Assembly: GCA_963675745.2 (NCBI GenBank) | Contig: CAXXWX010000016.1 | Coordinates: 192,001 to 256,000 of the forward strand | Reading direction: 5' to 3' | DNA: 64,000 nt | Source of the DNA: Phycisphaerae bacterium | GTDB lineage: Bacteria > Planctomycetota > Phycisphaerae > UBA1845 > Fen-1342 | In this document: one piece after another, positions 49,063-58,869 of the stretch | Layout of the letters: each line of letters begins with the position of its first letter | Position numbering within the stretch: position 1 is the first letter of the stretch | Notes under the pieces: generated by a model | What the model saw: only the letters and a program-made list of their open reading frames with translations | Databases searched by the model: none | What the model was told of the DNA's origin: nothing | Translations under genes and position numbers: made by a program

Positions 49063-49401
49063 TTATAGGGTGATTACCTTATCCGCGTCGCGTAGGGTGG
49101 CAAGAATCTCGTCCATGTTGCTCTGGCGATCGACGATGAGGCGCTCGCCCAGACCATAATACTCGATGCAGGTCCCGCACGGCAGCAACTCGACCCCGCG
49201 CTCCTGCAAGGCCAGCAGGTCAGGGCCTAGCACGGATTCCCGCGCCACCAAGTGTACGCCGGAGTTATACAGTACGACGGCCTCTAAACCAGGGAAAACC
49301 TGGAGTTTACGCAGACATGCTCCCAGAAGCTTCTCCCCGAGTTCACGCTCACCTTCCCCCATCTGGGGCCGACAGAGCACCACGACAGTCTTCATAGGCA
49401 A
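49063..49401 (-). CDS. DsrE/YedF-like sulfurtransferase-fold protein
   Basis: LGEKLL, YNSGV, GVELLPCGTCIEYYGL, ADKVITL. Confidence 0.8.
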   Translation of the reverse strand: MPMKTVVVLCRPQMGEGERELGEKLLGACLRKLQVFPGLEAVVLYNSGVHLVARESVLGPDLLALQERGVELLPCGTCIEYYGLGERLIVDRQSNMDEILATLRDADKVITL

Positions 49402-49435
49402 TTCCCGGGGCTCAACTGCGGCTTATATACTGGAA

Positions 49436-50047
49436 TCAGATAGCCGGCTTGACCTTGAACAAGGGCTGCCCGAAACGCACCTCCGCGGCGTCCTCCGCCA
49501 GCACCTCGACGATCTCGCCTCGCTCGGGCAGGTCCACCCCGCCGTAGGTGATCTGGTGGAAGCACTTCATGATCTCGACCAGTCCGAGGATGGTGCCGGA
49601 GCCGACCGGCGACCCCGCCTCCACGTAGGGCGGCGCGTCGGGTGAGGACCGGCGGTAGAAGATGCCGTCCGACGGGGCCGGGACTGTGATCAGATCACCC
49701 ACTCCGGCTGATCCCTCGGTGGCGGCACCACCCTTCGCCCTTGTAGCCGCCCCACCACCACCGTCCAGGGCACGTGGGTCCAGCCGGGCCATGACCTCAC
49801 CGTAAGCCACCGGTGAATAGCTGTTCGGAATGAACACTTCCGTCACCCGACCGTGGATCTCGCGCGGCAGGCGCAGCACGTAGCGCTCGTTGAGAATCTT
49901 CATCGTGATCACGCGGTCGGACGGGTTGAGGAACAAACCCACCTTCGGCGCCCCGTCAGCCATGCCCACCACCGGTGAACTCACCAGCAGGGTATCAGGG
50001 TCAGCCTCATCCGGTCGCACGTTTGCTATCAAGGTCTTTTCCGGCAT
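49436..50047 (-). CDS. Biotin carboxyl carrier protein with a tandem degenerate N-terminal domain
   Basis: APSDGIFYRRSSPDAPPYVE, EIMKC biotin Lys, VRFGQPLF. Confidence 0.85.
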   Translation of the reverse strand: MPEKTLIANVRPDEADPDTLLVSSPVVGMADGAPKVGLFLNPSDRVITMKILNERYVLRLPREIHGRVTEVFIPNSYSPVAYGEVMARLDPRALDGGGGAATRAKGGAATEGSAGVGDLITVPAPSDGIFYRRSSPDAPPYVEAGSPVGSGTILGLVEIMKCFHQITYGGVDLPERGEIVEVLAEDAAEVRFGQPLFKVKPAI

Positions 50048-50062
50048 CTATCTTCTCGCGGC

Positions 50063-50396
50063 GGGTGGCATGGCCAAGCGTAGCGCCGCCATGCAGGCGG
50101 GACAGCAAATGGCGAAACCACTCGTAGGGTGCACCTTGGTGCACCTGTATCCTGCGTATCTCTCACTCCTGCGCGGCACATGCAGGCGCCCGACTGCGTC
50201 GGGCTTGGGCATGCCACCCATACTCGCCAGCCACATGCTCACCCTACGGGCTGAGCATGGCACCCAAGCCCTCCCCCTCTACCCTTCATCCTTCGTCCTT
50301 CCCTTCCGTCCCCACCCTTGCTCCGCGAGGATGCGCCACCCACACTCGCGTATTGTCCGAAAACCCTCGGCCGCCACGGGGGGCGGCCGCTACACT
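50063..50396. repeat. Composite REP cluster inside the operon
   Basis: GGGTGGCATGG...CATGCCACCC arms, GTAGGGTGCACCTTGGTGCACC, CCTTCAT heptamers. Confidence 0.75.
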
Positions 50397-50397
50397 C

Positions 50398-52131
50398 CTA
50401 CCCCGCGAAATCCGAGAGCACGTTCAAATCATGCATCGACCAGATGCGCGGGTTCTTCACGCGCCGATAGCCGATGCTCTGGTAGGACATCTCCACCAGC
50501 GTCATCAGGTAATCGCGCAGCTCGTGCACCGGCACGATCTCATCCGTATCCATCTGCCGGGCGGCCTTGTAGGGATCCATGTCGGCCTCGATGCGATCCT
50601 CGACCGCCTTCATCCCCGCCTCGACCTTCGCCCGCTCCGCAGGATCCTGCGTGGTAATGTTGAAGTTGTCGTCCAGCTTGGTGCGATAGGCCCCGATCGC
50701 CAGCGTCCGCCCCTCCATCACCGCCAAGCGCGTAAGCGGGGTGGAGAACTGCACGATCGGCTCGTAGGGTAAACCCGTCTCCGCATAGTAGCCCGCCCCG
50801 GACGCCTTGCGCAACAGCACCGTGATCATGGGCACGGTGTTGGTCGAGTTGGTGTAGAGCAGGTTCGAGCCGTAGGCGAGTAGGCCGTGCTTCTCCGCCT
50901 CGATCCCGATGTCGAAGCCGGAGATGTCCTGCAACCAGATGATCGGGATACCATCCGAGTTGCAGGAGCGCGAGAACTGCGAAATCTTGGCGATGCCCTC
51001 GCGATAGAGCAACCCGCCCGCCCGGCTGCGATCCTTCAGCTCCGGATGGGGCGTAAGCTGCTGATTGTTCGCGATGATCCCGACGTACAAACCGTTGATC
51101 CGCGCGATCCCCGTGACCATCTCCTCGCCGGTGTGCGGGAACAACTCCCAGAAGAGCGAGCTATCCACCAGGCGGGCGATGATCTGGCGAATGTCGTAGA
51201 CCACGCGATGATCCACGGGGAGCAAGCCGTTGATCTCCTGCGGTGAGAAGCGCGGCTCGGCCGGGTCGAATCCGTGACGATAGTAAGCAACGGCGCTGGC
51301 AGGCAGCTTCGCTACTTCCTGTCGGATGCGCTTAAGCATGGTCTGATCGTCGGGCACGCGCTCGTCGGCGCAGTTGGACAGGTGCACGTGCACGTTCGGC
51401 CCACCGATGGTGAGCGACGTAATCTTCTGGGATTTGGCGCCTTTGATGAGCGCCGCCCCGGCGATTACCATGTAGGCCTGCTCCGTCATGAAAAGCTTGT
51501 CGGAGATGATGGGCATGTAGCCGCCGCCCGCGATGCAGTCGCCCAGCACGCCGGCGATCTGCGGCACGCCGCTCGCGGAGAGCAGCGCGTTCATCTTGAA
51601 GATATACCCCGCCCCCACCCGCCCGGGGAAGGTCTTGGACTGCTCCGGCAGGTTCAGACCGGAACAATCGACCAGGTAAATGACGGGTATGCGCAGACGC
51701 AGGCCCACTTCCTGGGCACGTTCGATCTTCTCCGGCGTCAAGGGCCACCAGGAGCCGGACGCCACCGTGTTGTCATTCGCGATCACGACCGTAAGTCGGC
51801 CCTGAATCCGCACGAACGCGGTTACCACCCCCGCAGCCGGAGAGGTGCGCGGCGGCTTGCCGAAGGTCAGACCATAGTTGACAAAAGTGTTAATAGGAAA
51901 GATGGTCGTGCCCTCGTCCTTGAGCGCCTCCAACCGCTCCCAGGTCGTCATCTTCCCCTTGGCGTGGACGCGCTCCACATACTCAGGCCCCCACCCGGCC
52001 CGCACTTCCTCCCGGCGCTCGCGCACGACGGCGTTAAGCTCTTCCATGCGCGCAAGATTCTTAGTATAGGTCTGCTCGTCGACCAACTCTTCAACGGGCG
52101 CACCAACTGGATGAAGGATAACCTTTGCCAT
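50398..52131 (-). CDS. Acyl-CoA carboxyltransferase (methylcrotonyl-CoA carboxylase beta / glutaconyl-CoA decarboxylase alpha family)
   Basis: [45 protein letters not shown]; start MAKVIL at 52131. Confidence 0.88.
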   Translation of the reverse strand: MAKVILHPVGAPVEELVDEQTYTKNLARMEELNAVVRERREEVRAGWGPEYVERVHAKGKMTTWERLEALKDEGTTIFPINTFVNYGLTFGKPPRTSPAAGVVTAFVRIQGRLTVVIANDNTVASGSWWPLTPEKIERAQEVGLRLRIPVIYLVDCSGLNLPEQSKTFPGRVGAGYIFKMNALLSASGVPQIAGVLGDCIAGGGYMPIISDKLFMTEQAYMVIAGAALIKGAKSQKITSLTIGGPNVHVHLSNCADERVPDDQTMLKRIRQEVAKLPASAVAYYRHGFDPAEPRFSPQEINGLLPVDHRVVYDIRQIIARLVDSSLFWELFPHTGEEMVTGIARINGLYVGIIANNQQLTPHPELKDRSRAGGLLYREGIAKISQFSRSCNSDGIPIIWLQDISGFDIGIEAEKHGLLAYGSNLLYTNSTNTVPMITVLLRKASGAGYYAETGLPYEPIVQFSTPLTRLAVMEGRTLAIGAYRTKLDDNFNITTQDPAERAKVEAGMKAVEDRIEADMDPYKAARQMDTDEIVPVHELRDYLMTLVEMSYQSIGYRRVKNPRIWSMHDLNVLSDFAG

Positions 52132-52141
52132 GAAGTAGAAC

Positions 52142-53491
52142 CTATCCCAATAATCGCGCGATGAAGCCCGTGTCGTACTTTCCTTCAGCAAAGTCAGGGG
52201 ATTTCATGATCTTGACATGCGCGGGAATCGTGGTTTTCACGCCCCCCACTTTGAAGGCTTCGAGTGCTTTGACCATGCCGTTACGTGCGGCCTCACGATC
52301 TGGCCCCCAGACAATCAGCTTCGCAATCAGCGAGTCGTAATAGACCGGAATGCGATAGCCCGGGCGCACGTGCGAATCCACCCGCACCTTTACACCCGGC
52401 ACTTCCCGCGGCGGCACGAACTCGGTCACCACGCCCGGACAGGGTTTGAAATCCTCGAAGGGATCTTCCGCGTTGATCCGGCACTCGATCGAGTGCCCGT
52501 GCATCTCTATGTCTTCCTGATTGAACGAAAGCGTCTCGTTGGCAGCCACGTGGAGCTGCTCAGTCACCAGGTCGCGGCCGGTCACTTGCTCGGTTACCGG
52601 ATGCTCGACCTGGAGCCGGGCGTTTACCTCCATGAAATAGAGCTGCCCGTCCTGATCGCGGAAGAACTCGACCGTGCCGGCGTTGCGATAGCCGATCAGG
52701 CGCAAGGCCTTGCGCAGCTTCTCACCCAGATCGCGCCGCAACTCAGGCGTCATCACCGGCGACGGCGATTCTTCTACGAGCTTCTGATGCCGGCGCTGGG
52801 CGGAGCACTCGCGCTCCCCCAGATAGACGGCATTACCGAAGGCGTCGGCCATCACCTGAAACTCGATGTGCCGCCCGTCGATGATGTACTTTTCGAGATA
52901 GAGCCCGGCGTTGTTGAACGCCTTCTCCGCCTCCATCGAAGCTTCCTGGAACATCGGCGCGAACTGGTCTGCGGAGTCCACGCGGCGCATCCCGCGCCCA
53001 CCGCCGCCGGCAGTGGCCTTGAGCAGGACGGGGAAGCCCATCTCCTTGGCGAGCTTGAGCCCTTCCTCCAGATTCGGCAACGTGCCACGTGAGCCGGGGA
53101 TCACGGGCAACCCGGCCGAGCGCATGGTCTCCCGGGCGGTGGCCTTGTCCCCCATCGACTGGATCGCACCCGCCGGCGGGCCGATGAACGTCATCTTCGC
53201 CTGCTCACACAACTCCGCGAAGAGCGCGTTTTCCGCCAGAAAACCGTAACCCGGGTGAATGGCGCAACAGTCCGTCTGCTCGGCTGCCTGGATGATCGCG
53301 GTCATGTTCAGGTAGCTCTGAGCGCTCTTGGGCGGGCCGATGCAGACACGCACGTCGGCCTCCTCCAGGTGCGGAGACTCGGCATCCGCCTCGGAGTAGA
53401 CCGCCACCGACTCGACGCCCAGCTCCTTGCAGGCGCGAATCACTCGCAGAGCGATTTCACCACGGTTGGCAATCAGGATGCGTTTGAACAT
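52142..53491 (-). CDS. accC: Biotin carboxylase
   Basis: [60 protein letters not shown]. Confidence 0.93.
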   Translation of the reverse strand: MFKRILIANRGEIALRVIRACKELGVESVAVYSEADAESPHLEEADVRVCIGPPKSAQSYLNMTAIIQAAEQTDCCAIHPGYGFLAENALFAELCEQAKMTFIGPPAGAIQSMGDKATARETMRSAGLPVIPGSRGTLPNLEEGLKLAKEMGFPVLLKATAGGGGRGMRRVDSADQFAPMFQEASMEAEKAFNNAGLYLEKYIIDGRHIEFQVMADAFGNAVYLGERECSAQRRHQKLVEESPSPVMTPELRRDLGEKLRKALRLIGYRNAGTVEFFRDQDGQLYFMEVNARLQVEHPVTEQVTGRDLVTEQLHVAANETLSFNQEDIEMHGHSIECRINAEDPFEDFKPCPGVVTEFVPPREVPGVKVRVDSHVRPGYRIPVYYDSLIAKLIVWGPDREAARNGMVKALEAFKVGGVKTTIPAHVKIMKSPDFAEGKYDTGFIARLLG

Positions 53492-53508
53492 GAAAGCTCC
53501 GTGCTACA

Positions 53509-53655
53509 GTGTGCCACTGCTCTTGAGCAGTGCTCTCAGATTGCGGGTGGCATGGCCAAGCGCCGCCATGCAGTAGGGTGGGCACCGCCCACCACGTATG
53601 TCGTTATCAATTACGTCGCGTTACCGGTCCCGGCGGTGGGCAGTGCCCACCCTAC
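53509..53655. repeat. REP cluster with inverted GTAGGGTGGGCA(C/CT)GCCCACC pair
   Basis: 53573-53594 and 53635-53655 are inverted copies; the second supplies the upstream gene's TAG. Confidence 0.8.
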
Positions 53656-54440
53656 TTCTCTTCCCCCCACCTCGGCTTCCGTCTTTCGAGAAACGCGTTC
53701 ATGCCATCCTGGCCTTCGGCGCTCATGCGGAGCTTCGCGATAACCTCAGCCGTGTAGGGACCGTTGTCCACGAGTGAACGTTCCGCCACCTCGCGAATAA
53801 GCTCCTTGGAAACCGCCAACGCCTCCGGCCCGCCGGAGAGAATCAACGCCACCTTCTGCTCGACCTCCGCATCAAGCTGCTCCGCCGGCACAGCCGAGTT
53901 GACCAACCCCAGCTCAACCGCCCGCTCCGCGCTGAAACGCTCGCCCGTGAGGAAGTACTCCCGCAGGTTCTTCTCGCCCATGCGTTTGAGCAGGTAAGGT
54001 GAAATCGCGGCCGGGGTCAGGCCGAGCTTGGTCTCACTGAAGGCGAAGTAGGCGTCCTGCGAAGCGATCGCAATATCGCAGACCGCCACCACGCCCGTGC
54101 CACCGCCGATGGCCGGGCCGTTGATCCGCCCGATCACCGGCTGCGGATGGGTGTAGACCTCGCGCAGCATCCGCGCCAGGTTGAGCGAGTCCTCGTAGTT
54201 TTGCTCGAGGGTGTAATTGACGACTCGCTTCATCCAGTTGAGGTCGGCCCCGGCGCAGAAACAGGCACCCTCGCCGGTGAGCACGACCACGCGCACCTGG
54301 GAATCAGTGCGCAGAGAGGCAAAGACCTCACGGAGGTCTTCGAGCATCTCATCGTTGAAGGCGTTGCGCACGTCGGGACGGCTGAGGGTCACCCGCGCAA
54401 TAGGTCCGTCACGGGTGAGGCGTACGGTGCCGTAGCTCAT
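53652..54440 (-). CDS. Enoyl-CoA hydratase, methylglutaconyl-CoA hydratase (LiuC)-like
   Basis: RPDVRNAF, FCAGADLNWM, GGGTG, FAFSETKLGLTPAAISPY, YFLTGERF; start MSYGTV at 54440. Confidence 0.85.
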   Translation of the reverse strand: MSYGTVRLTRDGPIARVTLSRPDVRNAFNDEMLEDLREVFASLRTDSQVRVVVLTGEGACFCAGADLNWMKRVVNYTLEQNYEDSLNLARMLREVYTHPQPVIGRINGPAIGGGTGVVAVCDIAIASQDAYFAFSETKLGLTPAAISPYLLKRMGEKNLREYFLTGERFSAERAVELGLVNSAVPAEQLDAEVEQKVALILSGGPEALAVSKELIREVAERSLVDNGPYTAEVIAKLRMSAEGQDGMNAFLERRKPRWGEEK

Positions 54441-54632
54441 ACGCAACTCCTTAGGAAGCGCACCACGAGGCCCCTGCGAACGGAGAACGGCGCAGCATCC
54501 GTCCCCCACCCTTGCTGCGCAAGAATGGGGCACCCATCACGGGGCAGCCGGAATACTCGTGAAGCGCATCCCCCACAAGGGATACGCTTCACGAGGTACG
54601 CTTCACGCTTCACGCCGCCGCGCCAGCGGCGG

Positions 54633-55028
54633 CTACTGCCGCACCGGGACGGCCTTGTGCCCGTAGTGAATGATGCCCGCGTCGCCTTCGGTATAACTCC
54701 GGCGAAACTCCAACTTCACCGGCATCCCGATCTTCAGCTCGTCGAACGAAACGTCGGCAATCTGCACGGTAAGCCGGGCGCCGTCGTCCATGTCGACTAA
54801 ACCGACAGCGAAGGGAGCCTCACCGGAAAACTCATCCGAGGGCGTCCGAATCACGGTATAGGTCACGACTTTGCCGGTGCGTTTCATCTCGAACCGGGTA
54901 AAGGCACGCGCCTGGCACTTGTTGCACACCAGGCGGGGCGGATAGAAGACCTTGCCGCACTTGTCACACTTGGCGGCTTCCAGTCGATACGTCTGCGGAT
55001 ATTCACGCCATGCTCTCGAGGGTGGCAT
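54633..55028 (-). CDS. DUF35 Zn-ribbon/OB-fold protein
   Basis: CDKCGKVFYPPRLVCNKC, GKVVTYTVI, IHYGHK; start MPPSRAWR at 55028. Confidence 0.9.
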   Translation of the reverse strand: MPPSRAWREYPQTYRLEAAKCDKCGKVFYPPRLVCNKCQARAFTRFEMKRTGKVVTYTVIRTPSDEFSGEAPFAVGLVDMDDGARLTVQIADVSFDELKIGMPVKLEFRRSYTEGDAGIIHYGHKAVPVRQ

Positions 55029-55029
55029 C

Positions 55030-56184
55030 TTACATCGCCTCCAGAATATGAACGACGGAACTTCCGCCGCTACCGCCCATGTTCTGCGCCAGCCCCACGC
55101 GCGCGTTCTTAAGCTGCCGCTTACCCGCCTCGCCCCGAAGCTGCTCGGTAATCTCCACGATCTGGGCAATCCCGGTCGCACCGACCGGATGCCCCTTGGA
55201 TTTGAGCCCACCACTGGCATTGATGGGCATCTTGCCGTCGAGCGCGGTGACCCCCGCCTCCGCGGCCGGACCACCCTTGCCCCGTTCGATCAAACCCAGA
55301 CTCTCCGAGACGATGATCTCCGCGATGGTGAAGCAGTCGTGCACCTCGGCGAAGTCAATGTCCTTGGGGTCCTTGCCCGCCATCTTGTAGGCCTGCTCCG
55401 CGGAACAGCTCACCGCCTTGAGCGCGGTAAGGTCCTCGCGATCCTTGAGAGCAATGGAATCCGTCGCATGACCCGAGCCGATGATCTTCACGCCCGGCTT
55501 CTTGTACTTCTTAACCCAGTCGGCCGGGATCACGATCGCCGCGGCCGCCCCGTCGGTGATCGGCGAACAATCCAGGATGTTCAGCGGATCAGCCACCTTG
55601 ACCGAGTCGATCACACCCTCGACCGTGATCTCCATCGGGAACTGGGCCCGCGGGTTCATGCTGCCGTTGTGATGGTTCTTGACGGCCACGTGGGCGAGCT
55701 GCTTACGGGTGGTGCCGTACTTGGCCATGTGGGCGACTGCCAGCATGGCGTACAGCCCGGGGAAAGTGATACCACTGGTCCCTTCCCACTCCATGTCCGC
55801 CGCGGTGGCAAGGGCATAAGTCGCATCCCCCCCGCCGATCTCGGTCATCTTCTCCACCCCGCCGGCCAGCACCACGTCGTGCACCCCACTGGCCACGTCC
55901 CGAAACGCCATCCGCAGCGCCAAGCCTCCGGAGGCACAGGCGGACTCCACCCGCGTCGCGGGAATCGGAGCCTGCCCCAGGTAATCCGCCAAAACCGAAC
56001 CCAAATGCTCCTGGGCGGCAAAGAGCCCGGGAGTCATGCTACCTACATACATGGCGTCCAGCTTGTCCACCCCGGCATCGTCCATGGCGAGCAAGGCGGA
56101 CTCGACGAAGATGTCGCGGGTCGAGCGATTCCACAGCTCGCCCCACTTCTGCATGCCGACGCCGATTACGGCCACTTCTCTCAT
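55030..56184 (-). CDS. Archaeal-type (SCP2-like) acetoacetyl-CoA thiolase
   Basis: [40 protein letters not shown]. Confidence 0.9.
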   Translation of the reverse strand: MREVAVIGVGMQKWGELWNRSTRDIFVESALLAMDDAGVDKLDAMYVGSMTPGLFAAQEHLGSVLADYLGQAPIPATRVESACASGGLALRMAFRDVASGVHDVVLAGGVEKMTEIGGGDATYALATAADMEWEGTSGITFPGLYAMLAVAHMAKYGTTRKQLAHVAVKNHHNGSMNPRAQFPMEITVEGVIDSVKVADPLNILDCSPITDGAAAAIVIPADWVKKYKKPGVKIIGSGHATDSIALKDREDLTALKAVSCSAEQAYKMAGKDPKDIDFAEVHDCFTIAEIIVSESLGLIERGKGGPAAEAGVTALDGKMPINASGGLKSKGHPVGATGIAQIVEITEQLRGEAGKRQLKNARVGLAQNMGGSGGSSVVHILEAM

Positions 56185-56196
56185 CTTTCGTATCTC

Positions 56197-57255
56197 CTAC
56201 TTCTCCGCCAGGCGGATCTTGCGCCGCAGCTTGGCGTACTCGCCGTACTCGAGGAAGCTAATGTTCTCGTCCAGCATCCAACGCGTCTTGGGCGCCAGGT
56301 CACGGGCCTTGAGCACCCGCTCCTGCACCGTAAAGATGAAGGCATCACTGCCCGCCCCCGAGCCGTAGGAGCACATCATGATCTTGTCGCCCGGCTTCGC
56401 CACATCCAACACGGCCGTCATCCCGAGCGGCGAGGCGCCTGAGTAGGTGTTGCCCAAAGTGAGTACCAGACGCCCGACCTCGATCTGCTCAAAGCTGAAG
56501 CCGAGCATCTTGGCGACGCGCTTGGGGAACTTGCCGTTGGGCTGGTGGAAGATAGCGTACTTGAAATCCTTGGGCTTCATGCCGGATTTCTTGAGGATGC
56601 CCTCGACCGCGCCTACCACCGTGCGGAAGTAGGCCGGCTCCCCGGTGAAACGCCCGCCGTGCGACGGGTAGAACTGGTGCTCGCGCCGCCAGAAATCCGG
56701 GGTGTCCGTCATGAAGGAGTAGGTCTCGTCGATGGTGGCGATCATGCGGTCCTCGTCGGCCCCCATGATGAAGGCCGCCGCACCGGCCGCCGCCGAGTAC
56801 TCGAGGGCGTCGCCGGGCGCACCCTGCGAGGTATCGCCGCCGATGCCCATCCCGTACTTGATAAGCCCCGCCTTGACCAGGCCATAGGCGACGAACATGC
56901 CCTCCGAGCCCGCCTTGCAGGCGAACTCGAAGTCCGCGCAATGGCAGTCAGGGGTGGCACCGATCGCCTCGGCCACGGTAACGCCGGAGGGCTTCACCGC
57001 GTAGGGGTGCGACTCGCTCCCGACGTAGATCGCCCCGATGTCCTTGGGGTCGATCCCCGCCCGCGCCACGGCGTTGCGGGCCGCCTCCACGGAGAGAGTG
57101 ATCGTGTCCTCGTCCAGCCCCGGGACTGATTTCTGGATCAGCTCCAGCCCCTTCTTGTAGCTTGGCGCGTCCGCCCCCCAGACCTTGGCGATCTCCTCAA
57201 CCTTGATTCGCCGCCGGGGGAGGTGGGCACCATAGCCAATAATCCCAACTGCCAT
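56197..57255 (-). CDS. Archaeal-type HMG-CoA synthase
   Basis: GSESHPYAVKP (Glu), EFACKAG (Cys), FHQPNGKFP (His), TDTPDFWRR, GNTYSG, SYGSGAGSD. Confidence 0.92.
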   Translation of the reverse strand: MAVGIIGYGAHLPRRRIKVEEIAKVWGADAPSYKKGLELIQKSVPGLDEDTITLSVEAARNAVARAGIDPKDIGAIYVGSESHPYAVKPSGVTVAEAIGATPDCHCADFEFACKAGSEGMFVAYGLVKAGLIKYGMGIGGDTSQGAPGDALEYSAAAGAAAFIMGADEDRMIATIDETYSFMTDTPDFWRREHQFYPSHGGRFTGEPAYFRTVVGAVEGILKKSGMKPKDFKYAIFHQPNGKFPKRVAKMLGFSFEQIEVGRLVLTLGNTYSGASPLGMTAVLDVAKPGDKIMMCSYGSGAGSDAFIFTVQERVLKARDLAPKTRWMLDENISFLEYGEYAKLRRKIRLAEK

Positions 57256-57465
57256 GTAGGTCCTCCTCGTCTTACCCTAACCGGACCCGAACACCGGGTC
57301 CGGCACGAAACGCCTATCGCAACACCTGGCACCTGCGCCGCCGCCTGGGCGACCAGGTTCTTGAACCCAATAACCAGAAGGTAGAGGTTTAGCGTGAGGT
57401 CTGCGACCCGTCAACTGCGCCCCTCCTCCTGATACTGCAAACGCGGATTCCCCCCTGCCGCGGCG

Positions 57466-57889
57466 TCAGCCTACCGGCTCGTCGCGTTCTCCGGTTCTGC
57501 GAAAGTGCCTCCAGCCCAGGACAACCAGCACCAGGATGCTCCCGGCCTTCCACAGCAGCAACCACCAGGGCCTCCACCAGGCACCGGTCTGCACCTCGAC
57601 GACGTCAGACAGACCGAAGAGAGCGAAGGTCACGGCAATCAGTACGTGCCGGCGGCGGAGCGAACCTGTCCGCCCGGTTGCTGGTGTCCTGAGTCCGAAA
57701 TCCGTGCACAGTCTTGACTTCCGAGCCGCGACATTCATGTCGCGCGGGAAACGCCCGGCACAAATGCCGGGGCTCGGACGACCGTGCCAAATCCTGCAAC
57801 CAACTTGCGACTCAGGACACTAGAATCGCGAGGACTGGAGCAGTCCCCGCCCAGAGAGCCGCCTCGAGATAGTCTGCGCTGGAGAACAT
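57466..57889 (-). pseudogene. Small membrane protein split by an IS630-derived MITE
   Basis: Removing 57684-57820 plus 2 bp restores MFSSADYLEAALW...AILATGRTGSLRRRHVLIAVTFALFGLSDVVEVQTGAWWRPWW in one frame. Confidence 0.75.
57684..57820. mobile_element. 137-bp MITE with 12-bp terminal IRs
   Basis: GTGTCCTGAGTC...GACTCAGGACAC flanked by TG (degenerate TA) and TA. Confidence 0.8.
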
Positions 57890-57897
57890 AACCGCCC

Positions 57898-58467
57898 TCA
57901 GAACACCGGGCTGGATCGCAATACCGCAAAGCTGGGGTTGGCGCGGTCGCGGTCGCTCAGCACCGGATCGGTCAGGGGCCAGGTGATCGCAAGCTCCGGG
58001 TCGTCGTAGGCGATTCCCGCCTCCGCCTGCGGGTCGTAGTAGTCGCCGCACTTGTACATCACGTCAGCCCCCTGTGAGATCACCGCGAAACCGTGGGCAA
58101 AACCGACCGGGACGAAAAGCTGCCGATGATTCTCGGCACTCAACTCGCACGCCTCCCATTGCCCGAAGGTCGGCGACTCTTGGCGCAGATCGACGGCCAC
58201 GTCCCAGATAGCACCGCGGACGCAGTAGATCAGCTTCGCCTGACCGGGGGAGTCGGCTGTCGGCCTCTGGTAGTGCAGCCCGCGAATCACCCCCGCCGCA
58301 GAGTGACTATGATTGTCCTGCACGAAGGGCCCGGCAATCCCGCTGGACTCGTAGCGCCGCTGTTGGTAGGTCTCCAGCAGGAAGCCGCGAGCGTCGCGAA
58401 AGACCTTCGGCGCCACGAGCACGAGCCCCGGCAACTCAGTCGGAACAGTGTCCAATGAACTCTCCAT
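57898..58467 (-). CDS. rfbC: dTDP-4-dehydrorhamnose 3,5-epimerase
   Basis: DARGF, FVQDNHS, RGLHYQ, QAKLI, DVAVDLR, GFAHGF, YKC. Confidence 0.95.
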   Translation of the reverse strand: MESSLDTVPTELPGLVLVAPKVFRDARGFLLETYQQRRYESSGIAGPFVQDNHSHSAAGVIRGLHYQRPTADSPGQAKLIYCVRGAIWDVAVDLRQESPTFGQWEACELSAENHRQLFVPVGFAHGFAVISQGADVMYKCGDYYDPQAEAGIAYDDPELAITWPLTDPVLSDRDRANPSFAVLRSSPVF

Positions 58468-58643
58468 TCGGAGTCGCGGTATCCAGTAGCACGGTCGTCC
58501 CGGAGTATAGCATCTTCGCGCGTCCGAGTACTACCGATCGGGCGAACCTCAAGAACCGCCGTGGCAGAACAAGACGCCGCGGCTTCAGGGGTCCGTTTGA
58601 CTGGCAGCACCGGGCACGGCAGACTACGCCCTGGAACTTGGGC

Positions 58644-58815
58644 TCAATTAGGACCACCGAAAATGGAAACCAGCAGGGTGGCATGCCCAAGCCGAAGGCG
58701 CCGGCATGTGATGGCGAAAAATGGGCGTCTTGCTGGGGGACGGCATGGCGGCGCTGCGCTTGGCCATGCCACCTACTCCGGACTATCGGTCTCCCGATTG
58801 CAGGGAGCTATCTAG
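58644..58815 (+). repeat. 172-bp MITE/REPIN-like element, copy 3
   Basis: TAGGACCACCGAAAATGGAAACCAGCAGGGTGGCATGCCCAAGCC...GCAGGGAGCTATCTAG. Confidence 0.8.
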
Positions 58816-58869
58816 GTCCCAGAGAGGCCTGGCTCCCCTGGGGAATGCGCAGTTACAAGGAGACAAGCA

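Noticed and set aside
54633..57255. PhlABC-type (DAPG) acyltransferase cluster
   Set aside because: The synthase keeps the HMGS Glu/Cys/His catalytic set, there is no type III PKS, and the neighbours act on HMG-CoA-type substrates.
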